A stretch of DNA of 64,000 nucleotides from contig JBGSVD010000003.1 of assembly GCA_041753135.1 (NCBI GenBank), positions 11,840 to 75,839 of the forward strand, given 5' to 3'. This DNA is from Planctomycetaceae bacterium (lineage in GTDB: Bacteria > Planctomycetota > Planctomycetia > Planctomycetales > Planctomycetaceae). Of this stretch, positions 19,251 to 27,749 are shown in pieces (the stretch's first letter is position 1; the number at the start of each line of letters is the position of its first letter). The notes under the pieces were generated by a model. The model did no database searches. It saw only the letters and a program-made list of their open reading frames with translations, and was not told the DNA's origin. A program made the position numbers and the translations under genes.

Positions 19251-19300
19251 AGCCGACGCGTTGCAGACCTTGAAACGGTCTGCAACACGTCGGCTTTTTT
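19251..19300 (+). terminator. Rho-independent terminator with no upstream plus-strand CDS
   Basis: AGCCGACGCGTTGCAGACC-ttgaaac-GGTCTGCAACACGTCGGCT followed by TTTTTT. Confidence 0.65.
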
Positions 19301-19327
19301 ATTGCCTGAGGTGTGGCAAACTTTTTC

Positions 19328-19389
19328 TAGTGCTTCAGGCGGAAGCTGCTGCAATATTACGTGCAAATTCCGTCTGAAGGCGGCACTAC
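19328..19389. repeat. Family C hairpin repeat, copy C2 (left arm carries a 4 nt deletion)
   Basis: TAGTGC----TTCAGGCGGAA / TTCCGTCTGAAGGCGGCACTA. Confidence 0.6.
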
Positions 19390-19444
19390 AAACGGGTGCT
19401 TGTTCGATTCTTGAACGGCATTGCATTCACACGTATGTCCCTGA

Positions 19445-19966
19445 ATGAGGCCACAAATGACAACCGTTCTGAAGACAACAGACAATCAAAAGAATCGACA
19501 ACTGATGGCGTTCTTCGGCTGGTTGATCGTGAGCTTTTGTCCGGCGGCGACTGCTGTTTTTGTTTCCACGGATGGATGGTATGCAACTCTCAAAACGCCA
19601 TCGTGGAATCCTCCGGCCTGGGTCTTTGGTCCAATCTGGACGGTTCTGTATTTCCTGATGGCGGTCGCGGCATTTCAAGTCTGGCGGCAAGGTGGCTGGA
19701 GACAACAGTTGATACCGTTGAGCCTGTTTTTGGTGCAACTCGTGCTAAATGCGATCTGGACGCCTTTGTTTTTCGGCATGCATCGTCTGGGTCTGGCGTT
19801 CGGCGAAATTGTGGTACTGTGGCTGCTGGTGGCGGCAACACTTGTCGCATTCTTCAGAGTCGAAAAATCGGCCGGCTTATTGCTGGTCCCTTACTTGGCG
19901 TGGGTCAGCCTTGCGACCGTTTTGAACTACACAATCTGGCAATTGAACATCCCGTCGAACTACTAA
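19445..19966 (+). CDS. tspO: TspO/MBR tryptophan-rich sensory protein
   Basis: WYATLKTPSWNPPAWVFGPIWTVLYFLMAVAAFQVW and five TM helices. Confidence 0.85.
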   Translation: MRPQMTTVLKTTDNQKNRQLMAFFGWLIVSFCPAATAVFVSTDGWYATLKTPSWNPPAWVFGPIWTVLYFLMAVAAFQVWRQGGWRQQLIPLSLFLVQLVLNAIWTPLFFGMHRLGLAFGEIVVLWLLVAATLVAFFRVEKSAGLLLVPYLAWVSLATVLNYTIWQLNIPSNY

Positions 19967-20087
19967 AAAATATCACCTCCACGTCTTCGTTGAAGTTGGC
20001 TCAGTCTGAGTCAATTCGTTTGCAGAGCGATCAGCAAAAGCTGGCTGCACAATTTCAGATGTCAGTATTTTCACAGGAGAAGTCATC

Positions 20088-20345
20088 ATGGCTCAAACTA
20101 CCAATTCGACTCACCAGGGCAAAGTCGTCAGTGTGTCGGGCAACAAGGTCACGTCAACCTGCAGCAACGGTGAGCAACATGTTCATACCGTCAGCAAGGA
20201 TACTCGCGTGACCTGCGACGGCCACGACAGCAAGGTCGCCGAATTGAAATCAGGCGATTCCATTCGCGTGACAATGAGCGACAAAAGCACGGTGGTGTCG
20301 ATCGATTCGGGGAAACGCAGTCCAGCGGCATCTGCAAAGTTGTAA
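20088..20345 (+). CDS. small hypothetical protein
   Basis: AGGAGA lies 7 nt upstream of the ATG. It is an 85 aa beta-rich sequence with no family I can name. Confidence 0.55.
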   Translation: MAQTTNSTHQGKVVSVSGNKVTSTCSNGEQHVHTVSKDTRVTCDGHDSKVAELKSGDSIRVTMSDKSTVVSIDSGKRSPAASAKL

Positions 20346-20487
20346 AGCCGAACGTTGATTTGCAGGGCGTGGTTTCAGACGCGACCTGCCGCTTTTCGTC
20401 GAGCCGCAGAGTTTCGAGCTTCATTCGCAATACAGGCTGCGAAGTGAGTCCTGCGGGCTGAAAAAGGAAAAATCTGAAAACATTGAA

Positions 20488-20515
20488 TTGACATATCGAG
20501 ATGTTCCGATATATT
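20488..20515 (+). promoter_or_regulatory. candidate sigma70-type promoter with an overlapping inverted repeat upstream of the ArsR gene
   Basis: TTGACA (20488-20493), 16 nt spacer, TATATT (20510-20515). ATATCG-N8-CGATAT (20493-20512) spans the spacer and the -10 element. Confidence 0.4.
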
Positions 20516-20536
20516 TGTCGTGGAGGCAATCGAAAC

Positions 20537-20857
20537 ATGGCGACGTCAAAGTTGAAACTTACTGAACTGGCAGCCTTGGGCGAGGCGGCTGAGTGTCTGC
20601 GGACGCTGGCTCATCCGCATCGGTTGCGTATGGTTCAGATGCTGCTGCAGGGGGATTTTCCCGTGGGGGAACTTGCGGAAGCGTGCGGTTTGCCGAGTGC
20701 AATGGCGTCGGAGCATTTGCGTCTGATGCAGCGGTGTGGTTTTCTGACGAGTGAAAAGGACGGGCGACAGGTTTTCTATCGCGTCGCCGAACCTCATCTG
20801 AAGCAGATTCTGGGCTGCATTGAAGCGAGGTTTGGTGTTTCGCCTCCTGCCAAATAA
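20537..20857 (+). CDS. ArsR/SmtB-family transcriptional regulator (BigR-like candidate persulfide sensor)
   Basis: wHTH pattern LRTLAHPHRLRMVQMLL...VGELAEACGLPSAMASEHLRLMQRCGFL...GRQVFYRV, with Cys residues in both N- and C-terminal helices. Confidence 0.85.
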   Translation: MATSKLKLTELAALGEAAECLRTLAHPHRLRMVQMLLQGDFPVGELAEACGLPSAMASEHLRLMQRCGFLTSEKDGRQVFYRVAEPHLKQILGCIEARFGVSPPAK

Positions 20858-20942
20858 CGCCGGTGAGTGAATTTTTTGCAGTTTTTTTTAACAAAACAGA
20901 TCGACACTTAACGACATTTCGATATTTTTAAGGAACAGTCTC

Positions 20943-21533
20943 ATGAGCATTTCAGTGATTTCCGCAAAGCAACTTTCCGATCGCGTTCAGGCTGGCGAGC
21001 AGGTTCATTTGCTCGACGTGCGAACTCCGGCCGAGTTTCGTGAGATTCACGCAACAGTGGCAAGGAATTCTCCGCTGGAAAGTCTGGATTGTGGAGCCGT
21101 GTTGGCAGAGCATCCGACGAGTGCTCCGTTGTACGTCATCTGTCGCTCAGGCAGTCGCGGGAAAACGGCCGCTGAGAAATTCGCAGCAGCCGGTTGTACG
21201 AATGTCTTCAACGTTGAAGGTGGCACGTTGGCCTGGGAGCAGGCTGGCTGTCCAGTCGTTCGAGGCAAGAAGACTATTTCTCTGGAACGTCAGGTACGCA
21301 TCGCCGCCGGATTTCTCTCGCTGACGGGTGGAGTACTTGCTATTGCCGTGCATCCATACTTTGCGGGCCTTTCTGCTTTTGTCGGAGCGGGTCTGATGTT
21401 AGCCGGAATCACCGACACGTGCGGCATGGCGATGATCCTGGCTCGCATGCCATGGAATCAGGTCGGGAAGTCGCCGACTGCACCGCCGGTGAAGAATTGT
21501 TCAACGGGCACAGAGGCATCGTGTTGTGGCTAG
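20943..21533 (+). CDS. rhodanese domain fused to a DUF2892 membrane domain (YgaP-like)
   Basis: LLDVRTPAEF...YVICRSGSRG (active-site Cys loop), followed by two TM helices with GITDTCGMA. Confidence 0.85.
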   Translation: MSISVISAKQLSDRVQAGEQVHLLDVRTPAEFREIHATVARNSPLESLDCGAVLAEHPTSAPLYVICRSGSRGKTAAEKFAAAGCTNVFNVEGGTLAWEQAGCPVVRGKKTISLERQVRIAAGFLSLTGGVLAIAVHPYFAGLSAFVGAGLMLAGITDTCGMAMILARMPWNQVGKSPTAPPVKNCSTGTEASCCG

Positions 21534-21591
21534 AGTTTCAATCTGAGATTTCAGATTTGAAATTTCAAATCAATTGAAGAGGAGAAGAATC

Positions 21592-21927
21592 ATGAGTGTT
21601 GTTTATCACACGTCGGCTGAGAATTTTTCGCGGGATGTTTTGAGTTCTCCGGTTCCTGTTCTGGTGGACTTCTACGCGGACTGGTGCGGCCCATGTCGCA
21701 TGCTGGCTCCGACGCTGGATAAGCTGGCGGTTGAGTTTTCCGGGAAGGCTCGCATCGTGAAAGTCAACGTGGACAAAGAACCGGAACTGGCCACTCAGTA
21801 CAGGGTGAGCTCGATTCCCGCTCTGATGTTCATCACAGACGGAAAAGTTGTGTCCCAGTCTGCCGGAGCGGCATCCGAAGCAACTCTTCGCCAGGCACTG
21901 AATCAGATGACTAAAGCTGCAGCGTAG
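21592..21927 (+). CDS. trxA: thioredoxin
   Basis: VDFYADWCGPCRMLAP, and GAGGAG upstream of the ATG at 21592. Confidence 0.9.
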   Translation: MSVVYHTSAENFSRDVLSSPVPVLVDFYADWCGPCRMLAPTLDKLAVEFSGKARIVKVNVDKEPELATQYRVSSIPALMFITDGKVVSQSAGAASEATLRQALNQMTKAAA

Positions 21928-22040
21928 TAACGTAGACGTCTCGCTCCGCCGAGACGAGACTTCATCAGCGGCGCTTCGCGTAAGGTTCGCGATGGGCCAG
22001 GATCAATTCGACCGGATAAGGACTGTTGCAGCATTACCTT

Positions 22041-22110
22041 CGTTTAACAGTCAGCCGCAGGCGGACTCGTTGTCATTGCGTCGCGTACGCCTGCGGCTGA
22101 CGGTTAAACG
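22041..22110. repeat. Family B long hairpin repeat, copy B2
   Basis: CGTTTAACAGTCAGCCGCAGGCG / CGCCTGCGGCTGACGGTTAAACG pairs at 22 of 23 positions with a 24 nt loop. Confidence 0.75.
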
Positions 22111-22210
22111 AAGAGACTTATGCACCAGGGCTTAAATCTGGTGGCGTAGAAATGCTCACGCAGAGCGTGATGGCGACTTTGAATCACAGCAAACCATCAG
22201 GAGTTCAACA

Positions 22211-23650
22211 ATGTTTCTCAAGCAATACTATCTCGGCTGTCTGGCTCATGCTTCGTACATGATCGCCGATGAAACGACAAAAGTCGCTGCCGTCGTTGAT
22301 CCTCAGCGAGACATCGAACAGTACCTGGCGGATGCAAAAGCCGGTGGATACACAATCAAGTATGTCTTTCTGACTCACTTCCACGCGGACTTTCTGGCTG
22401 GGCACATTGAACTGCGAAATCAGGCCGGCGCGAGAATTTGCATGGGCGAACGAGCCGGCGCGGAGTTTGATCATACGGCATTGAAAGATGGCGACGTTAT
22501 CGAATTCGGCGATGTGCGAATTCAGACAATGGAAACTCCTGGCCATACACCAGAAGGTATTTCACTGCTTGTGATTGATCTCGCAACCAGTGCCACGGTG
22601 CCAAATGCGGTACTTACCGGTGACACGCTGTTTATCGGTGACGTTGGTCGACCTGACCTGATGGCTTCAATCGGAGTGACTGCCGATGAATTGGCCGAGA
22701 TGTTGTATCATTCGCTGGACAAGTTGCGACGCCTGCCTGATGCCACTCTTGTGTATCCCGCTCACGGAGCGGGCTCATTGTGTGGCAAGGCGCTCAGCAA
22801 AGAAACGGTTTCGACGATTGGTGAACAAAAGAAGTTCAACTACGCATTGCAGCCGATGCCGTTCGAACAGTTCCGCGATCTGGTCACCAGCGAGCAACCA
22901 GAAGCTCCGGGCTACTTTGTTTATGACGCCATCAAGAATCGTCAGGAACGTCCCGGCCTGGAAAGCACGATGAAGTCGTCTCTGAAGGCACTCAGTCTTG
23001 ATGAAGTCATCAGGCTGCGAGATTCAGGAGCGCAACTGGTCGATGTTCGTGAAGCGGCCGACTTCGAAGGTGCGTATCTGGCAGGTTCGATCAATGTTGG
23101 ACTCAAAGGCAAGTACGCGACCTGGGCCGGTTCGATCCTGAGCCATGATGCTCCCATTGTGGTGATCGGTGATGGCGACAACGAAGAAGAAGCCGTTATG
23201 CGTCTGGGACGGATCGGGTTCGACAACGCGACAGGATATCTGAAGGATGGAATGGAAGCATTGAATGCTCGTCCAGATCTGATTCGCACCGTGTCGCGCA
23301 TCACAGCAGCGGCTCTGGCGGAGCAGACATCGTCCAAACACACGCCGTTCATTCTGGACGTGCGGTCGGAGAAGGAATATGGCATCGTTCATTTGGCAGG
23401 CAGTTACAATATTCCGCTGACTCACGTGCGAGAACGCATCGCTGAAGTTCCTGCAGACAGACCTGTAGTCGTCCATTGCGAAGGCGGATACCGCTCGGCG
23501 ATCGCATGTAGCTTGTTGACTCAGGCTGGCCGCACAAACGTGTCCGACATGGTCGGCGGTATCAAGGCCTGGATCGCGATGAAGCTGCCAACGATTCCGG
23601 AAGGTACGTTGACCTGCGGGACGAAGGTTTGTGAAACGGCTCCGGCATAA
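22211..23650 (+). CDS. MBL-fold persulfide-dioxygenase-like enzyme fused to two rhodanese domains
   Basis: LTHFHADFLAGH metal motif, TPGHTPEG, then two rhodanese modules (the second has HCEGGYRSA). Confidence 0.85.
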   Translation: MFLKQYYLGCLAHASYMIADETTKVAAVVDPQRDIEQYLADAKAGGYTIKYVFLTHFHADFLAGHIELRNQAGARICMGERAGAEFDHTALKDGDVIEFGDVRIQTMETPGHTPEGISLLVIDLATSATVPNAVLTGDTLFIGDVGRPDLMASIGVTADELAEMLYHSLDKLRRLPDATLVYPAHGAGSLCGKALSKETVSTIGEQKKFNYALQPMPFEQFRDLVTSEQPEAPGYFVYDAIKNRQERPGLESTMKSSLKALSLDEVIRLRDSGAQLVDVREAADFEGAYLAGSINVGLKGKYATWAGSILSHDAPIVVIGDGDNEEEAVMRLGRIGFDNATGYLKDGMEALNARPDLIRTVSRITAAALAEQTSSKHTPFILDVRSEKEYGIVHLAGSYNIPLTHVRERIAEVPADRPVVVHCEGGYRSAIACSLLTQAGRTNVSDMVGGIKAWIAMKLPTIPEGTLTCGTKVCETAPA

Positions 23651-23661
23651 GTTGTTTTTTC

Positions 23662-23944
23662 GGACCAAAGGTCCATTCGTTTACATAGCCTGGGGCATCG
23701 CCCCAGGAAGTGGATTTGCGAAAAACAACAAGGGCCAACGGCCTGACAGTTTGTGTCGAGAATTGATTGCCGCAAGTCGGTCCTTTCTGCCGGAAAGGAC
23801 TTTCGCCGCAAGGCGAACCAGCGCGACGTGCAACCGCCAATGCAGGCCGATTTTGGCAGTCGAATTGCACGCAAGGTCGCGGCAAGCCGCGAAGTCCTGC
23901 CCGGCAGGCAGGACCTACAAAACCGCTGCCCGGCAGGCAGGACC
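23662..23944. repeat. Array F1 of short GC-rich hairpins (REP-like) inside the sulfur operon
   Basis: At least 7 hairpins: GGACCaaaGGTCC, CCTGGGGCatcGCCCCAGG, GGCCaacGGCC, GTCCTTTCtgccgGAAAGGAC, TTCGCCgcaaGGCGAA, CGCGGCaaGCCGCG, GTCCTGCCcggcaGGCAGGAC. CTGCCCGGCAGGCAGGACCT is also directly repeated. Confidence 0.7.
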
Positions 23945-23964
23945 TTCACGAAAGGAGCATCAAT

Positions 23965-24807
23965 ATGTTATGGCTCAGCCTGCTGTTTGGCTCCATCGTC
24001 GGCTTGTCGCTGGGGCTCACTGGCGGAGGCGGCGCGATCTTTGCGGTCCCGTTGCTCGCCTATGGATTGGGAGTTTCGGCTCGGGAAGCAGTGACAATTT
24101 CGCTGGTGTCCGTTGGCCTCACATCATTCGTCGGATTCCTCGGCAAGTGGAGAAAAGGTGAAGCGGAACTGAGAACCGGTCTGTTGTTTGCCGTCGCCGG
24201 AATGGTTGGAGCACCGGTCGGAACCTGGATTGCAAAGCAGATTCCGGAGAACGTGCTGATGCTGATGTTCTCCGCCCTGATGGTCACCATCGCATGGAAA
24301 ATGTGGCAGAAAGGCGGACGAGTGACTGCCCAGGCTCAGGTTTGTATCCCCGTCGAAACATCTCGTCAGCAATCCGACGGTTATGTCAACGATGGTCCAA
24401 GCTGTCAGCGAGATTCCGCGGGACAGCTGATACTCACCAGCCGATGCGCTCGAATGCTGCTGCTGGTAGGAGTTGCTTCAGGAACCTTGTCGGGGATGTT
24501 TGGAGTCGGTGGCGGATTCATCATCGTCCCGGCACTCATTCTCTTCAGCAGCATGTCAATGTCGCGAGCTGTCGGGACATCGCTTCTGGTGATTTCCATG
24601 GTCAGCGCATCAGGCTTTTCTGCGCAACTGTGGGGCGGTCAGACCATTCCGTTCAACATCACAGCGTTGTTTGCGACCGGCGGCCTGAGTGGCCTTTGGC
24701 TGGGACTGATGCTTGGGCATCGCCTGGCGCCTTCGATGCTGCAACGAATCTTCTCGGTGGCAATTCTTGTCGTCGCCGTGTTTGTCATCGTCAAAAATCT
24801 TTCTTAG
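23965..24807 (+). CDS. TauE/SafE-family sulfite/anion exporter
   Basis: LTGGGGAIFAVPLL and MFGVGGGFIIVPAL duplicated motifs, and AAAGGAG upstream of the ATG at 23965. Confidence 0.85.
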   Translation: MLWLSLLFGSIVGLSLGLTGGGGAIFAVPLLAYGLGVSAREAVTISLVSVGLTSFVGFLGKWRKGEAELRTGLLFAVAGMVGAPVGTWIAKQIPENVLMLMFSALMVTIAWKMWQKGGRVTAQAQVCIPVETSRQQSDGYVNDGPSCQRDSAGQLILTSRCARMLLLVGVASGTLSGMFGVGGGFIIVPALILFSSMSMSRAVGTSLLVISMVSASGFSAQLWGGQTIPFNITALFATGGLSGLWLGLMLGHRLAPSMLQRIFSVAILVVAVFVIVKNLS

Positions 24808-24900
24808 AACCGTGTCCGGATACCTGGTTCAACCAAAGCTCTCGGCATTTTCGCTGCGAAAATTCGGGCACGCTCTTTGATTCCGTTTTGTACGTCTCTC

Positions 24901-25197
24901 ATGAAGATGCACGCGATTGGACTCATTCTGCTGTCGTTTGGCACAATGCCCACGGCTCAGAAAAAAGCGGCCGCCGGGGAGTCACGATTTGTGATGAAAA
25001 ACGCCCCTAACCTGCCTTTGATTCGGCCGCTGCAAAAAGCCGACGTCGAAGTCATTGTCTACGGCCAGGCACTCAGCGACAAAAAGATCGAACAACGCGA
25101 AGTGACGTCAGACATTCCGGTTGCCGCGGTAGCCTCGACCGTGCTTGTGCATCGGCAAGCGGATGGATTTGCGTACGTACCAGGTCGCTTTCCGTGA
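24901..25197 (+). CDS. possible small secreted hypothetical protein
   Basis: ORF with signal-like MKMHAIGLILLSFGTMPTAQ. No recognisable family. Confidence 0.35.
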   Translation: MKMHAIGLILLSFGTMPTAQKKAAAGESRFVMKNAPNLPLIRPLQKADVEVIVYGQALSDKKIEQREVTSDIPVAAVASTVLVHRQADGFAYVPGRFP

Positions 25198-25342
25198 TTC
25201 CTGGCTTCTGGCGAATGAATGATGGGAGACTTTCACTCCTGCAGCGATAGCTTGCCAAAATCTGCGGCGATTGACCGGAAGCAAGAGTTCACTACGCGAT
25301 TGGGAAAGCGTTTTGACTCTTTAAAGCAGCAATCCGCCGCAG

Positions 25343-26620
25343 CTATGTGGAACGCAAAACCACGATTGTGCGATCATCATGCGGAGGAAAACCAGCCGCA
25401 AAATTGTTCACTGCCTCCACCAGCGTTTTCGTTAGCCTGGCCGAATCCATTCCACAGTGCATGAGCACATCGTCAATGCGATGCTCGCCAAATTGTTCGC
25501 CCGCTGCATTTTGTGTTTCGGTAATTCCATCGGTATAAAAAACAACCTGATCACCGAACTGCATGTAAAAAGTGGCATCAGCATACTCCGTGTCTTCAAG
25601 AACCCCGAGTGGCAGCGAATTCACTTTGTTCAGCGGAATCACCGTCCCTCCCTGACACCGCTTCACTCGCGGTGGATTATGCCCGGCACACGAATATGTC
25701 AGTTTTCGTAACTTCGGATCATAGACGGCGTAAAACGCAGTCACGAAGGTTTCAATTCGGCTGGAGTAACGAATTGACAGATGATGATTCAGGTATTGCA
25801 GGATCTTTCCAGGCGGGGCTGGTGCGCCTGGATGTGTATGAGCAATGCAGTGAGTGATCGCCATGATGACGGCAGCGGGAGTTCCATGGCCGCTGACATC
25901 GGCAATGAAGATTCCCCATTTGCCATCGGGCAGTTCAAAGAAATCGTAGTAGTCGCCGCCCGCGCGACTGGCGGGCTGGTAGAACGTTGTGAGATCCATC
26001 CCGGGAACGCTGGGGGCATTCGCTGGCAGCAAAGCTTGTTGAAGCCGGGCGACCGTCTTCAATTCACGATCCAGCTCGCGATAGGCATCCTCAAGTTGCT
26101 TCTTCAGAACCAACGTACTGGTCGCGCGTCCGAAGAGATTTGTTCGCCAGACAAGATCCGGAATTTGAGTCCGCACGAATGCGTTCGGTTTTCGCTGAAG
26201 CAGAACGACCGTATTCAACGACTCGCCGTCGTCGTACATCGGGATCGCCAGCAGCGAGCGAAAGCCCTGAAAATATTCAAACGCTGGATCGTCTTCCGGG
26301 ACGTCCAAATCGTCGATGACCGTCGTCTGATTGCTATAGGCGAGCTTTTCGAGCAATCCCCCCTGAGCGATCGGCAGACGAGCGGGCTCCTTCCAGGGAT
26401 CAATCTCTTCGCTCCAGGTGGTACTGCGAGTGACGCGAACAAACGGAGCCTCAAGACCGCGGCGGCTCAGCGCGATGCGTCGTTCGACTGGAGATAGCTG
26501 CTGCAGTTTTTCGCCATACGTGCGTACAAGGGCCTGAGGATCAGTCTGCTGGCTGATTGTTCGAACCATATCCTCAACGATGGCAAGTCGCTCGGACCAT
26601 TCAGTATTCAGGGGTTGCAT
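25343..26620 (-). CDS. PP2C/SpoIIE-family serine phosphatase with an N-terminal GAF-like domain
   Basis: GGDYYDFFELPDGKWGIFIADVSGHGTPAAVIMA, FYTDGITE, DDRTIVVL. Confidence 0.85.
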   Translation of the reverse strand: MQPLNTEWSERLAIVEDMVRTISQQTDPQALVRTYGEKLQQLSPVERRIALSRRGLEAPFVRVTRSTTWSEEIDPWKEPARLPIAQGGLLEKLAYSNQTTVIDDLDVPEDDPAFEYFQGFRSLLAIPMYDDGESLNTVVLLQRKPNAFVRTQIPDLVWRTNLFGRATSTLVLKKQLEDAYRELDRELKTVARLQQALLPANAPSVPGMDLTTFYQPASRAGGDYYDFFELPDGKWGIFIADVSGHGTPAAVIMAITHCIAHTHPGAPAPPGKILQYLNHHLSIRYSSRIETFVTAFYAVYDPKLRKLTYSCAGHNPPRVKRCQGGTVIPLNKVNSLPLGVLEDTEYADATFYMQFGDQVVFYTDGITETQNAAGEQFGEHRIDDVLMHCGMDSARLTKTLVEAVNNFAAGFPPHDDRTIVVLRST

Positions 26621-26684
26621 GCGAACTCAGTGTTCTCAATTTCAGAATGTGTCGAAGGCACCGCGAAAAATGTCGGACATGAAA

Positions 26685-27359
26685 TCAATCCGTTAGCCGA
26701 GCAAACATCTCGTTCGCTTCGGGGTACAAAAGCCCATTCAGGGAGATTGTAACATGATTCGTAGTCCATTCCGCACTGTTGATCACGGCAAGCGGCTTAC
26801 CCTCCAGGAAAAAGCAGAACAATTGCGAACTGCTCGGTTTGATCGCTGCGCCGTAATGGTCTTTTCCCGTCTTTGACAGAAAAAGCTTCAACGTTGGCGG
26901 TTGAGCCAGACTGTCTCCTCGGAACAAGTCGAAGTCGTCACTTTTCAACACGGACTTAGCGGACGCGAAGCAGCTGGTTCCATCAGGCAGAGAAAATCTG
27001 CTGAAATTGGGATCTGCGGAGAATGAAGCCAGTCTGACTTCCAGTTGGCACCTGCGACCAATGCGTTCCCCGTAAAGCCGAGGAATCAAGTATGTGTAAA
27101 CAGAGAAAAGAATGAATGCAAAAACAGTCAGCGCTGAAATCAGCGTCCATAATTTGCCTTGCGATTGCCGATTTTCCTGAACCACGGCAGGTTCAGTGGA
27201 GCCGACACCATTTTCTGCGGCACTCCACGAATCCACAGCATGTCTTGCCGTCTCAGAATCGCAGCCCGTGGCGTCTTGAAATTCCTTCGCAGCTTGAGCG
27301 ACTTCCCCGCCCGCAATCAGATGCGAGATGCGTTGCGATTGTTCCCGGTTCAGGTTCAT
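26685..27359 (-). CDS. hypothetical single-pass membrane protein
   Basis: 224 aa ORF with a central TM (LWTLISALTVFAFILFSVYTYLI). No confident family. Confidence 0.5.
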   Translation of the reverse strand: MNLNREQSQRISHLIAGGEVAQAAKEFQDATGCDSETARHAVDSWSAAENGVGSTEPAVVQENRQSQGKLWTLISALTVFAFILFSVYTYLIPRLYGERIGRRCQLEVRLASFSADPNFSRFSLPDGTSCFASAKSVLKSDDFDLFRGDSLAQPPTLKLFLSKTGKDHYGAAIKPSSSQLFCFFLEGKPLAVINSAEWTTNHVTISLNGLLYPEANEMFARLTD

Positions 27360-27749
27360 AACGTTGGCAATATCTCAGGATTTTCTGCCCGGCTTTTCAG
27401 CAGTTCCATGGGGGAGACATCAATGCGAAAAAGCGATGCGGCAGGCTATCACGCCGCCGCGTGTCCGACAAATCGTCAGTCGAACAACTGACACGACTCA
27501 GTAGATTCCTCGATTTCTGCAATGAATTGTGTGCTGATCGCGGTCAGTGATCCCTGAGTCGAACCGGAATCTCACAAACTCACATTGGGAAAAGTTCTCG
27601 ATTGCTCACATCTTTGGTTTGAATGGACTTATCTGTTGTGGGCCGCCATTTGGTCTTCTAAACTCTGGCTTGCGTTTTCGGGATTTTTCCGAAAAAAGTG
27701 CATTCAGGTACCTCAAATATCAATCCGCGATCTTCTGGTGCAGGCAACA

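Noticed and set aside
19396-20211. 271 aa ORF overlapping tspO and the small downstream gene
   Set aside because: It reads in a different frame from the clearly conserved TspO sequence. The translation is low-complexity and has no motifs.
23662-23944. Possible CRISPR array
   Set aside because: The hairpins differ from each other in sequence and spacing. There is no constant repeat unit alternating with unique spacers, and no cas genes in the window.
23767-23964. N-terminal 66 aa extension of the TauE/SafE ORF
   Set aside because: The extension is a translation of the GC-rich hairpin array. The ATG at 23965 has an AAAGGAG RBS and begins the first TM helix.
27360-27749. SAM riboswitch upstream of metK
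   Set aside because: I could not find SAM-I, SAM-II or SAM-V core motifs or a convincing terminator/anti-terminator by eye. An Infernal scan would be needed to be sure.
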